From sequence record SRR2962707_1079: a DNA stretch of 55,632 nucleotides. The stretch is one strand, 5' to 3'. Each line of letters begins with the position of its first letter. The stretch's first letter is position 1. Under the pieces are notes generated by a model, which made no database searches, was not told where the DNA came from, and worked only from the letters and a program-made list of their open reading frames with translations. Both the position numbers and the translations under genes were made by a program. Below, piece by piece: positions 37,596 through 47,474 of the stretch.

Positions 37596-38870
37596 TCATG
37601 CAGTATAACGTTTTAAGATCAAGGCCGCGTTGACACCACCAAAACCAAAACCGTTTGAAAGCACATATTCCACATCTTTCTTACGCGCGACTAATGGCAC
37701 AAGATCTAAATCTTCCATGCCTTCATCTGGTTCATGTAAGTTCAAGGTTGGCGGTAGCGTTGAGGTTAGAATCGCTTGTGCGCTAAAGATACTTTCAATA
37801 CCGCCAGCCGCGCCTAACAAATGACCTGTTGCCGATTTAGTCGATGAAATGGCCACGTCTTTAACCCCTTCGCCAAAAATACTGCGTAGCGCATTAATTT
37901 CACCACGATCACCCACAGGGGTTGAAGTCGCGTGTGCATTAACATAACCAATTTTACTAGGGTCAAGGTCTGCCATTTTCAGTGCTTGTTTCACCGCACG
38001 AGCTGCGCCTTCACCGCTTTCTGGACCAGATGTTAGATGATAAGCATCGCCGCTGGTGCCGTAACCGACAATCTCAACAAGTGGCGTAGCGCCACGTTCT
38101 AAGGCGTGCTCTAACGTTTCAATAACCAATAGACCAGAACCTTCACCGATAACAAAGCCGTCACGGTCCTTACTAAACGGGCGAGAGGCATGCTCTGGCG
38201 CTTCATTCAAAGTTGACAAGGCTTTCAAAGCACCAAAACCTGCGAGAGACAATGGATCGATACAAGCTTCGGTACCGCCTGCTAGCGCAACTTTTGCCTC
38301 ACCCGTGAGCAACATACGAACCGCATCGCCAATCGCTTGCACACCGGCTGCACAAGCAGTCACTGGCGTACCAAGTGGGCCTTTAAAACCGTATTTGATT
38401 GAGACATTCCCAGCCGCCAAGTTGGCTAGGAAAGAGGGCACTGTGAATGGCGACAAGCGTCTTGGGCCTTGTGCGTCTAATATTTTTTGGGCATTCGTTA
38501 ACGCCGGCAAGCCACCGATTCCGGTGCCGATAATAGTCGCAGTTGCTTCTTTATCTTCATCCGACGTTGGGAACCAGTTTGCTTGGGTCAGCGCTTCATC
38601 GGCGGCAGCCAAAGCAAACAAGGTAAATAAATCAATGCGCTTACGCTCTTTTGGCGTCATATAGTCTGCTTCATTCAGACCATTTTCTTGTTCTGTGTGA
38701 CTAGGTACTTGACCTGCTATTTGGGTTGCTAATGGTTCAGAGCCTTCCAAAGCCAAACGGCGAATGCCGGATTCGCCTTTGGTAATACGGTCCCAAACAG
38801 CATTCACTCCCAAGCCTAAAGGAGATACCAAGCCCATGCCCGTGATAACAATTCTTTGCTTGATTGACAT
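37596..38870 (-). CDS. fabF: Beta-ketoacyl-ACP synthase II paralogue (stand-alone)
   Basis: Cys-His-His triad (TACAAG, NAHATST, TGHLLGAAG), NGFGFGG; no acpP or fabG nearby. Confidence 0.9.
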   Translation of the reverse strand: MSIKQRIVITGMGLVSPLGLGVNAVWDRITKGESGIRRLALEGSEPLATQIAGQVPSHTEQENGLNEADYMTPKERKRIDLFTLFALAAADEALTQANWFPTSDEDKEATATIIGTGIGGLPALTNAQKILDAQGPRRLSPFTVPSFLANLAAGNVSIKYGFKGPLGTPVTACAAGVQAIGDAVRMLLTGEAKVALAGGTEACIDPLSLAGFGALKALSTLNEAPEHASRPFSKDRDGFVIGEGSGLLVIETLEHALERGATPLVEIVGYGTSGDAYHLTSGPESGEGAARAVKQALKMADLDPSKIGYVNAHATSTPVGDRGEINALRSIFGEGVKDVAISSTKSATGHLLGAAGGIESIFSAQAILTSTLPPTLNLHEPDEGMEDLDLVPLVARKKDVEYVLSNGFGFGGVNAALILKRYTA

Positions 38871-38927
38871 AAGAAAACCTCTTTTACTTTCGACTCAAGG
38901 AAACATGACATGGTAAAGTAGATCTAT

Positions 38928-38945
38928 ATATGATCAAGATAATAT
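38928..38945. promoter_or_regulatory. Putative TetR operator
   Basis: ATATGATC-AA-GATAATAT, a one-mismatch palindrome in the divergent gap. Confidence 0.5.
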
Positions 38946-38959
38946 TTAGGAGACTAAAT

Positions 38960-39571
38960 ATGCCTTACACGCCACAGCATAAAGAACAAACCCGTCAGCG
39001 GATTCTGCAGACGGCCGCTAAACTATTTTGCACCTATGGGTTTGATAGCGTCACATTGGATCAAATCATGAAAAAAGCCAACATGACCCGTGGTGCTTTT
39101 TATGGTCATTTCTCAGGCAAAAGCAGCCTCTATGAAGCGGCGTTGCAATTTGCTGCCTCAAATTCCTTTTGGGCACGCAGAGAAAAGCAATCAGAAGACA
39201 AAGAAACCCATATAAAAGCCTTGGTCACGCGCTACCTTAGCTGGACTCATAACGATGATGAAGCGCCTTCACCATTAGAGTTCCTAGTCACAGACGCGGC
39301 GCATAAAGAAGAGAAAGTCCGTAAAGCCTACCAAGCTTGTCTGGACAGTTTGATCGAGCGTTTGACGGTCATTCTGCAAAAACAAGGCACGACTGGGGAT
39401 GTCAAAGACCTAGCGGAAGAAACCGTTGTGTCGCTTGTTGGTACCGTCGCCATTGCTCGTTCTATTACGCACCCACTCCAAGCAGACTTTTTGAAACGAG
39501 CACAAACGCGTATTTTTAACCGTATCCATGCCGCGATTAAAAACCCACAAACAGTGTCCAATAACCAATAA
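38960..39571 (+). CDS. TetR-family transcriptional regulator
   Basis: TRQRIL...GFDSVTLDQIM...TRGAFYGHFSGK; AGGAG RBS. Confidence 0.92.
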   Translation: MPYTPQHKEQTRQRILQTAAKLFCTYGFDSVTLDQIMKKANMTRGAFYGHFSGKSSLYEAALQFAASNSFWARREKQSEDKETHIKALVTRYLSWTHNDDEAPSPLEFLVTDAAHKEEKVRKAYQACLDSLIERLTVILQKQGTTGDVKDLAEETVVSLVGTVAIARSITHPLQADFLKRAQTRIFNRIHAAIKNPQTVSNNQ

Positions 39572-39593
39572 GGGCAAGAAGAGTAGCGAAAAC

Positions 39594-40445
39594 CTACTCT
39601 TCTTCGTCTGCCTTCTGCTGATACCAAGCCATCACGTTAGGCGCGATTTCTGGACCAGACACAAAGAAATGCCCATTCAATAATGTTTCTCTTTGGTTAT
39701 AACGGAAAGGGTCGCCTGTCGGAGAGACCAACATACCGCCAGCGGCTTCAATAATGGCTTGCTGTGCCGCCGTATCCCATTCGCTGGTTGGACCGCGACG
39801 TAGATGTAAATCTGCCACGCCTTCGGCAATACGACACGCTTTGATAGAGCTGCCTTTTGGAATTTCTCGTACCGATTCATAACTGTCTTTCAGATCGGCT
39901 TTTAGCTCGGCAGGAAGAGAAGGGCCGTGACTGCGACTGGTCATGGCAATCAGTGGTGTATTGGGTTTGCGTACGGTAATGGTTTCCACTTCTTGACCTT
40001 GCCATTTCACAGCACCAAGTGGCAATCCGCGCCAGCTTTTTGTAACCCCAAAATACCCTTCAGACGTCGTCGGTAAATAGACCATTCCAACGATAGGCAC
40101 GCCATTCTCTACCAACGCAATGTTGATACTGAACTCTCCATTGCGCTTAATAAACTCTTTGGTGCCATCTAATGGATCGACAATCCATAATAAAGGCCAC
40201 TGAGATCGCTCTTCAAAAGGCACCACGCCTTCTTCTGATAACACAGGCACATCCGGTGCCATGGCGTTCAAGCCCGCCAAAATCGTTCTGTGGGCTGCAA
40301 TGTCCGCTGCCGTCACGGGACTATGGTCTGACTTTTGCTCAATACCCAAATCGGCACGCTGATAAATTTCCATGATCACATCGGCGGCATCGTGTATTAT
40401 TTTTTGTAACGCTTGGAAAATAGGGTGATGACTTACATCCCGCAT
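39594..40445 (-). CDS. cysQ: 3'(2'),5'-bisphosphate nucleotidase
   Basis: KSDHSPVTAAD, VLSEE, VDPLDGTKEF, GSSIK, TSEWDTAA; GAGG RBS before ATG 40445. Confidence 0.93.
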   Translation of the reverse strand: MRDVSHHPIFQALQKIIHDAADVIMEIYQRADLGIEQKSDHSPVTAADIAAHRTILAGLNAMAPDVPVLSEEGVVPFEERSQWPLLWIVDPLDGTKEFIKRNGEFSINIALVENGVPIVGMVYLPTTSEGYFGVTKSWRGLPLGAVKWQGQEVETITVRKPNTPLIAMTSRSHGPSLPAELKADLKDSYESVREIPKGSSIKACRIAEGVADLHLRRGPTSEWDTAAQQAIIEAAGGMLVSPTGDPFRYNQRETLLNGHFFVSGPEIAPNVMAWYQQKADEEE

Positions 40446-40493
40446 AACAGCCTCGAACATGACAATAAACAAAATTGGATCAATACGTAACTT

Positions 40494-40913
40494 ATGAGTA
40501 AAGCAGAAAAACAACCAGCACCACAAGCAGTACGTTTGGATAAATGGCTTTGGGCCGCACGATTTTTTAAAACGCGCTCTCTTTGTAAGGACGCGATTGA
40601 TGGCGGTAAGGTCACTTACAATGGCAGCAAAGGCAAAGCCAGCCGCAATGTCGAAGTTGGAGCACTGATTGGTTTACGCCTTGGTTGGGATGAAAAGGTC
40701 GTCGAAATCAAAGCCATTAGTGGGCAACGCCGTGGCGCACCAGAAGCGCAATTGCTCTACGAGGAAACACCAGAATCCGTAGAGAAACGAGAAAAAAGAG
40801 CACTGGAACACAAGTCGTTTGGTGGCCGCATCATGTCAGACCACAAACCCAATAAAAAAGAACGTCGCGATATTAAGCAGCTAAAAAAAGACATTTTTAG
40901 CGGCACCGAATAA
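40494..40913 (+). CDS. hslR: Ribosome-associated heat shock protein Hsp15
   Basis: VRLDKWLWAARFFKTRS, RRGAPEAQLLYEET, KPNKKERR. Confidence 0.95.
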   Translation: MSKAEKQPAPQAVRLDKWLWAARFFKTRSLCKDAIDGGKVTYNGSKGKASRNVEVGALIGLRLGWDEKVVEIKAISGQRRGAPEAQLLYEETPESVEKREKRALEHKSFGGRIMSDHKPNKKERRDIKQLKKDIFSGTE

Positions 40914-40920
40914 AAGCGCC

Positions 40921-42300
40921 TCAACAACGCACATACACACCGTGGCGGTTCTCGATGCACTGACAAAGCTCCAGCTCCATCAAAACCTGCATCATGCTGG
41001 GAGCCGCTAACTGCGTATGCCGCACTAGAGCATCAAAATCCATCGCTTGAGACTCTGTCTCTAATAGCGCGGCCACAGTTCGAGCATTGTCCGACAAATG
41101 CGCGGGTAACGCCTTTTTAGGATTTATTTCAATCAAAGAAAAGGCCGTGTCTTTTGTGTTGGCCGCATCTTCTGTTAACTGTCTTTTGGTCTGTCCAGCT
41201 GCTTGTTTTAACAATGTTTCCCGTGAAACAATGCGCCTGTTATTACCTCCCTTGATGGATTTTTTCTCTGTGGATTTCGTTACTTTCGTGCCGGTCGTTT
41301 CTCCATTTTGGAGGCGGCTAGCGGGTAGAATCTCATCTAAAATATCCTCAGCATGACGAACCAATATGGCACCTTGGCGTATCAATTGATGACACCCTTC
41401 TGCCTGAGCGTCTTTCACTCGCCCAGGCAATGCAAAGACCTCGCGATTTTGTTGCACCGCATAATTAGCACTGATAAGAGAGCCACTTTTTGGCGAGGCT
41501 TCTGTGACTAACACGCCCATACTCAAACCACTGATGATTCGATTTCGAGGCGGAAATAGGTGAGGGCGAACTTCGGTCATCAATGGGTACTCGCTGACTA
41601 AGCAACCACCCTGGGCTAAAATTTCTTGAAACAAGCCTTTGTTTTGTTTCGGATAATGCATAAACAATCCGGTTCCCATTACTGCGATGGTCGGAGTAAT
41701 GACCGCTTCTAGAGCACCTTGGTGGGCGGCGGTATCAATGCCTCTGGCACCACCACTGACCACCGAAATGCCTTGGCGTGCTAATTGGCACGCAAGTTGT
41801 CGGGTAATTTCACGACCGTATCCCGTGCAATGACGCGCTCCGACTATGCCCAATTTAGGCAATGCGAAGCTGGCTAACGCGCCATCCACATAAAGAAAAG
41901 CGGGCGCTACACTGATCTCTTTTAATTCATTAGGGTACAGAGGATCGCTTTGTAGCAACAAATGATGATAATCGTCTGCCAACCAATCTAATGACAGTCG
42001 CTTCTTTTCAGCTTGCTCTGACGATAAGGTCTGATGATCAAGGTACGTCATCGCTTCGCGAGCTGTCACGTCCGGCCATTTAAGATGGCGAAGCAGTTCG
42101 TAGTTAACCTGATCCGGAAATGGTTGAGCATCCGTCTCAGACAATAAATCGGTCTCTTGCATACGATCGAGTTGATCAAAATAGGTGAACAGGCGAGATA
42201 AGCGAGCCGGCCCAATGCCAGACAAAAAACTCAGGCTGAGCCAATCTTCGTGATTCAGCCCTCCAAGTAAACGAGAAGAAGTGGTCATATTGCTGTGCAT
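40921..42300 (-). CDS. dprA: DNA-processing protein DprA
   Basis: GIVGAR, VSGGARGIDTAAH, FPPRNRIISGLS, SGSLISA, REVFALPG, GCHQLIRQGA, C-terminal wHTH; divergent from def. Confidence 0.95.
   Translation of the reverse strand: MHSNMTTSSRLLGGLNHEDWLSLSFLSGIGPARLSRLFTYFDQLDRMQETDLLSETDAQPFPDQVNYELLRHLKWPDVTAREAMTYLDHQTLSSEQAEKKRLSLDWLADDYHHLLLQSDPLYPNELKEISVAPAFLYVDGALASFALPKLGIVGARHCTGYGREITRQLACQLARQGISVVSGGARGIDTAAHQGALEAVITPTIAVMGTGLFMHYPKQNKGLFQEILAQGGCLVSEYPLMTEVRPHLFPPRNRIISGLSMGVLVTEASPKSGSLISANYAVQQNREVFALPGRVKDAQAEGCHQLIRQGAILVRHAEDILDEILPASRLQNGETTGTKVTKSTEKKSIKGGNNRRIVSRETLLKQAAGQTKRQLTEDAANTKDTAFSLIEINPKKALPAHLSDNARTVAALLETESQAMDFDALVRHTQLAAPSMMQVLMELELCQCIENRHGVYVRC
41215..41230. 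other. parS site (inside dprA)
   Basis: TGTTTCCCGTGAAACA, 1 mismatch to TGTTTCACGTGAAACA. Confidence 0.85.
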
Positions 42301-42551
42301 CCTTGCGACAGTGAAACAAATAGCGGCCGATATTTTTACAATGCCCCTATCTTGGTCTAGATTGAAAATTGCTTTTTTGCCATTAAAAACGATGAAATAG
42401 ACAGATTCTATTAAGTCGATTGTATCGAATTGCTTAAAAAACCGGCATCACAGCAATGCCCATCTCAGTGACTTGCGGTACAATATAGGAAAGCAAAGAG
42501 TCGAACCAAAAATGGCGAGACCGACGAATATAAGACATATTGGAAAAGATC

Positions 42552-43058
42552 ATGGCAGTTTTACCCGTACTTGAATACCCGGATCCGCGCCTTCGTAAAG
42601 TCGCAGAACCCATTACAGACTTCACACCTGAATTACAAACCCAAATCGATGACATGCTAGATACCATGTACGATGAGAATGGTTTGGGACTGGCAGCGAC
42701 ACAAGTGGATTACCATTACCGTCTTGTTGTCATGGATTTCTCAGAAGAGCGTAATGAGCCGCTTGTGTTCATTAACCCTGAGTTTGAAATCATCAATGAC
42801 GAGCCTAATGAATTCCAAGAAGGCTGCTTATCTGTGCCTGGTTTTTATGAACATATTTACCGTGCCGCAGAAGTCATTGTGAAAGCGCTTGATCGTAACG
42901 GCAAACCGTTCGAAATGAAGGTTGATGAGCTAATGGCGGTTTGTGTACAGCATGAAGTTGACCATCTAGATGGCAAATTAATGGTTGATTACCTGTCACC
43001 ATTAAAGCGCAATCGAATCAAAACCAAACTGGTTAAAGCTCAGAAAAAACGCGATTAA
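42552..43058 (+). CDS. def: Peptide deformylase
   Basis: [19 protein letters not shown]. Confidence 0.97.
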   Translation: MAVLPVLEYPDPRLRKVAEPITDFTPELQTQIDDMLDTMYDENGLGLAATQVDYHYRLVVMDFSEERNEPLVFINPEFEIINDEPNEFQEGCLSVPGFYEHIYRAAEVIVKALDRNGKPFEMKVDELMAVCVQHEVDHLDGKLMVDYLSPLKRNRIKTKLVKAQKKRD

Positions 43059-43153
43059 ACTTTGATGTACATAGCGCTCGCTTCAACGGCGACAGTCAGT
43101 CGTACTAGAGCGCTATCAAAGGCCGCCGTTCAGCCCATTAATACCCGTTTTGT

Positions 43154-43178
43154 AAATCAGGCCTCGGCCTGATTTTTT
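43154..43178 (+). terminator. Terminator-like hairpin between def and fmt
   Basis: AAATCAGGC-CTCG-GCCTGATTT-TTT. Confidence 0.65.
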
Positions 43179-43194
43179 CGTTAAAGGAAACCAA

Positions 43195-44181
43195 ATGACT
43201 ACCTCACCGCTGCGTATTGTTTTTGCAGGCACACCCGAATTTGCTGCCACCAGTCTTCAAGCGTTATTAGATAATCAAGAACAAAATCACTATGAGTTGG
43301 TTGGCGTCTATACCCAGCCAGATCGTCCTGCTGGGCGTGGCCACAAACTTGTAGCAAGTCCGGTTAAACAACTGGCGCTTGAGCACGACATTCCCGTTTT
43401 CCAACCCGTGAACTTTAAATCAGAAGAAGACAAGGCCGCGTTAGCCGCTCTAAATGCTGACATCATGATAGTGGCGGCTTATGGCATCATTTTGCCAAAG
43501 GCCGTACTCGATACACCAAAACTAGGTTGCCTTAATGTGCATGGCTCTATCTTGCCACGCTGGCGTGGTGCTGCGCCTATTCACCGTGCGCTCATCGCTG
43601 GCGATGAAACAACGGGCATTACTATTATGCAAATGGATGTGGGGCTGGACACCGGCGACATGCTGCTAAAAGCCTATTGTGATATTAAGCCAACAGACAC
43701 TTCTGCGAGCCTGCACGACAAGTTGGCAACACTGGGAGGAGAAGCGCTGGTTGATGCTCTTGAGAAACTCAAAAAAGGCGAGCTGGTTGCAGAAAAACAA
43801 GATGATAGCTTGAGTAACTATGCGGCGAAACTCACGAAGCAAGAAGGTAAGCTTCAATGGCAACAAGCCGCTGAATTAATAGAACGCCAAGTCAGAGGCT
43901 TATCTCCTTGGCCATCGGCTTTCACACAAAGCAGCGAAGGGGTGATGAAGATCCATGGGGCAGAATTGGCTAACGTGGAATCCGAAAACGCAGCGCCTGG
44001 CGAAATTCTAGTGGTCAGTAAAGAGGGCGTTATTGTGGCAACAGGACAAGGCAGCGTTCGAATTACTGAAGTGCAATTTGCCGGTGGCAAACGCATGAAA
44101 ATCCAAGACGCATTAAACGGCAAACACAAAGCCGCCTTACAAATTGGTCAACACTTCGGCCTAGTAGAGTCATTATCATGA
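43195..44181 (+). CDS. fmt: Methionyl-tRNA formyltransferase
   Basis: FAGTPEFA, TQPDRPAGRG, NVHGSILPRWRGAAPI, GLDTGD. Confidence 0.97.
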   Translation: MTTSPLRIVFAGTPEFAATSLQALLDNQEQNHYELVGVYTQPDRPAGRGHKLVASPVKQLALEHDIPVFQPVNFKSEEDKAALAALNADIMIVAAYGIILPKAVLDTPKLGCLNVHGSILPRWRGAAPIHRALIAGDETTGITIMQMDVGLDTGDMLLKAYCDIKPTDTSASLHDKLATLGGEALVDALEKLKKGELVAEKQDDSLSNYAAKLTKQEGKLQWQQAAELIERQVRGLSPWPSAFTQSSEGVMKIHGAELANVESENAAPGEILVVSKEGVIVATGQGSVRITEVQFAGGKRMKIQDALNGKHKAALQIGQHFGLVESLS

Positions 44182-45548
44182 AACCAACAGATGTACCTTC
44201 TATCCAGCACAGTGCTCGTCAGGTCGCGATTCAAGTAGTGACGAATATCTTGTTACAACAAGGTTCTTTGAGTACTCAACTAGCACGCCACCAACACGAT
44301 GTGGCCAGCGAGCATATTCCGCTGCTAAAGGAATTGTGCTTTGGCGTTTGCCGTCAGTACCCTTTATTAAACAGTATTGCGCTGCACCTTTTAAACCATC
44401 CTTTCGAAGAAAAGGACATGGACCTTTATGCCGCGTTATTGATTGGCCTGTATCAACTGGGATACATGAATACGCCAGATCATGCGGCGGTAAACGAAAC
44501 CGTCGAAGCCTGTCGCATACTTAATAAAGATTGGGCAACCAAACTCATCAATGCAGTACTACGCCGCTACCAACGCGAAGCCGATGATATCATTGAAGAA
44601 CTGGAGGCCATGCCATCCGTTGAGTACAACCAACCTAAATGGCTGGTTAAGCGTTTCAAAAAACATTGGCCAGAGCAATTTGAACAGATAATAGAAGCCA
44701 GCAACGCGCACCCTCCAATGTGCATTCGCGTTAACGAGAGCCAAGTTTCACGTGAAACATACAAGGCACAAATGGCTGAAGAGGGTATAGACTCAGAAAA
44801 TGGTCAGCTTTCTCCTACCGCTTTGTACCTAAGATCTGCTGTTAGAGTAAATGAGTTACCTGAATTCGATGAAGGCTTTTCTAGCGTACAAGACGAGTCT
44901 GCTCAACTTGCTGCCCATATTCTGGCTCCTGAGGTAGGGGAACATGTATTGGACGCCTGTGCTGCGCCTGGAGGTAAAACAGGTCATCTATTGGAATTTG
45001 CAGCCGCAAAGCAAGACCAAGAAGAAACGCTCGATCTAACCGCCGTTGAATTAGAACCATGGCGCTTAGAAAAAATCGAAGCCAATTTGGAACGCATTGG
45101 ACTCATGGCGAACCTACAATGTGCCGATGCTGGGGATCTTGATACTTGGTGGGATGGGGCGCAATTCGACAAAATTCTTCTTGATGTGCCTTGTTCCGCT
45201 ACTGGTGTCATTCGTCGGAATCCAGACATCAAAATAAACCGCAAGCCTGCAGACATAGATGAACTCGTCACCATTCAAAAAACAATTTTGGCGCAAGTTT
45301 GGACCACCTTAAAACCTGGCGGCCACCTTCTTTACGCAACCTGCTCTCTGATGCCCGAAGAAAACGAACAGCAGGTTGCTGCTTTTCTGACTTCTCATGA
45401 CGATGCCAAAGAAGTGCCATTGAATGCATTAAACTCGGTATTGAATGTAGCCTCGGGAGTCTCTGTGTCACACGGCCAACAACTCTTCCCGACGATCAAA
45501 GGCAACGATGGTTTTTATTACTGTTTAATTCAGAAAAATATCGTCTAG
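44178..45548 (+). CDS. rsmB: 16S rRNA m5C967 methyltransferase
   Basis: NusB-like N-terminus, VQD, LDACAAPGGKT, LDVPCS, YATCS, DGF. Confidence 0.96.
   Translation: MKPTDVPSIQHSARQVAIQVVTNILLQQGSLSTQLARHQHDVASEHIPLLKELCFGVCRQYPLLNSIALHLLNHPFEEKDMDLYAALLIGLYQLGYMNTPDHAAVNETVEACRILNKDWATKLINAVLRRYQREADDIIEELEAMPSVEYNQPKWLVKRFKKHWPEQFEQIIEASNAHPPMCIRVNESQVSRETYKAQMAEEGIDSENGQLSPTALYLRSAVRVNELPEFDEGFSSVQDESAQLAAHILAPEVGEHVLDACAAPGGKTGHLLEFAAAKQDQEETLDLTAVELEPWRLEKIEANLERIGLMANLQCADAGDLDTWWDGAQFDKILLDVPCSATGVIRRNPDIKINRKPADIDELVTIQKTILAQVWTTLKPGGHLLYATCSLMPEENEQQVAAFLTSHDDAKEVPLNALNSVLNVASGVSVSHGQQLFPTIKGNDGFYYCLIQKNIV
44744..44759. other. parS site (inside rsmB)
   Basis: AGTTTCACGTGAAACA, with a perfect 14-bp palindromic core. 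Confidence 0.88.
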
Positions 45549-45611
45549 GCTAATTTACGAAAACGCACTTTAGGCTAGATCCACTACCATTAAAAATGTG
45601 CTCAGATAAAC

Positions 45612-45671
45612 ATGCCCAGATACCAGATAGTTGTTTCACATGAAACAATTCTATTATCTGGGCATTTTTTT
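45612..45671 (+). terminator. Long hairpin and U-tract after rsmB, with a parS site at its apex
   Basis: ATGCCCAGATA (45612-22) pairs with TATCTGGGCAT (45655-65), followed by a T run to 45671. Confidence 0.75.
45632..45647. other. parS site (intergenic)
   Basis: TGTTTCACATGAAACA, 1 mismatch to consensus. Confidence 0.85.
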
Positions 45672-45967
45672 ACGCATAAAAAAGTCAGTGAACTCATAAA
45701 CCCATCACCTTGATACGTCGCTCGTACACACATTAAAGAATCATTGTGTGTACGAGGAAGTACAGACAAGGTGAGGTTTTACTTCCTAGGCAAAGACAAA
45801 AGTGTATTTTTTTCACTATTTCAGAGATGTCGTTAAATAATTGGTTGAAGTGGCTAAATTTCGGCCTAACATAGAGGGCAACTCAAAATCGGTTTTGGCA
45901 CTCATATGAGCCAACAAGAATAACCAGAAAAAGAGCCCGTATTTAACATTGTGCTCTAAGGCAAACT

Positions 45968-47341
45968 ATGAAAATCATCATTATTGGGGCAGGCCAAGTT
46001 GGCGCTACTCTGGCTGAGAATCTCGCAAATGAAGACAATGATATTACCGTCATTGACCCTGATCTAACGCGCTTAAGAGAGCTGCAAGACCGTTTAGATA
46101 TTCAAACGGTTGAAGGCAGCGGTTCGCATCCGGCGGTACTGGCACAAGCCGGCTGTAATGATGCCGATATGCTTATCGCGGTGAGCAACCAAGACGAAAC
46201 CAACATGGTGGCTTGCCAAGTTGCCCACACACTATTTAAAACACCAACCAAAATTGGCCGAGTTCGTTCCAGCGCCTATGCCGGTTACCCTGAGCTGTTT
46301 AACGATCAAGCTTTGCCTATCGATGTACGTATCAGTCCAGAAAAAGAAGTGACCAAACACTTAAGTCGCTTAATTCGTTACCCTGGTGCATTGCAAGTGA
46401 TGGAATTTGCCGATGGCAAGGTTCAGCTCGTCGTCGTAAAAGCAGAAAAGGGCGGTCCACTGATTGATCAGCCAATCAGCTATTTACGCGAACACATGCC
46501 ATCGATTCAAACCCGAATAGCCGCTATTTATCGCGATGGTCAATCTATAAAACCCGATGGCAATACTTGCATTCGAGCCAATGATGAAGTCTTCTTCCTC
46601 ACGCCACAACGCGATGTGCTGGATGTAATGAGTGAGTTGCGCCCGCTAGACACACCTTATCGTCGCATCATTATTGCTGGCGGTGGCAACATTGGTGAGC
46701 GTTTGGCGCAGAGCTTAGAAAAAGAATACCGTGTCAAAATCATTGAGCGGGATTTAGAGCGCTGCCGTTATTTATCAGAGAACCTAGACAGCACGATCGT
46801 CCTTAACGGAGACGCGTCGAAAAAAGAATTGCTGTTAGAAGAAAACATAGAATCTACCGATGTGTTCTGTGCACTGACCAATAACGACGAAGCCAACATC
46901 ATGTCGTCTATGCTGGCGAAAGTATTAGGCGTACGCACGGTAATGACCATCATCAATAACCCTGCCTATGTCGATATAGTGCAAGAAGGTATGATCGATA
47001 TCGCCATCTCGCCACAGCAAACAACGATCAGCTCCTTGTTGAGTTATATTCGTCGTGGCGACGTCGTCAACGTTCACTCTATGCGCAAAGGCGCAGCAGA
47101 GGCATTAGAGGCGGTGGCCCATGGGGACATTCGTTCGTCAAAAGTGGTTGGCCGAAGCATAGCTAAAATCAACCTACCAGAAGGCGCGACGATAGGCGCA
47201 GTAGTCCGTGATGATGACATCATCCTAGCAACTGGTGATGTGGTCATTCAGGCTGAAGATCACGTGATTATTTTCGTCTCGAATAAGAAACAGATCCCTG
47301 CTGTAGAGCAACTATTCCAAGTGGGATTAACCTTCTTTTAA
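45968..47341 (+). CDS. trkA: Trk K+ uptake system NAD-binding subunit
   Basis: MKIIIIGAGQVG, DETNMVAC, second RCK unit IAGGGNIG, DEANI. Confidence 0.97.
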   Translation: MKIIIIGAGQVGATLAENLANEDNDITVIDPDLTRLRELQDRLDIQTVEGSGSHPAVLAQAGCNDADMLIAVSNQDETNMVACQVAHTLFKTPTKIGRVRSSAYAGYPELFNDQALPIDVRISPEKEVTKHLSRLIRYPGALQVMEFADGKVQLVVVKAEKGGPLIDQPISYLREHMPSIQTRIAAIYRDGQSIKPDGNTCIRANDEVFFLTPQRDVLDVMSELRPLDTPYRRIIIAGGGNIGERLAQSLEKEYRVKIIERDLERCRYLSENLDSTIVLNGDASKKELLLEENIESTDVFCALTNNDEANIMSSMLAKVLGVRTVMTIINNPAYVDIVQEGMIDIAISPQQTTISSLLSYIRRGDVVNVHSMRKGAAEALEAVAHGDIRSSKVVGRSIAKINLPEGATIGAVVRDDDIILATGDVVIQAEDHVIIFVSNKKQIPAVEQLFQVGLTFF

Positions 47342-47474
47342 ATAACCAACCTTGCTTTTTTATCGTGTGAACACTGAGTAAAGCCACACATAAAAAAGCG
47401 CTGAAAATAAGAAGACCTTCAGCTAGGTGATTAAATTAAGCCAGACTCGGCAGAGTCTGAGCTAGGAAGCAACT

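Noticed and set aside
37562-37596. GTAAGT...CTTAC palindromes (also near 50055) as a shared regulator site
   Set aside because: Both lie just after stop codons within longer hairpins with different spacers, so 3' end stems explain them better.
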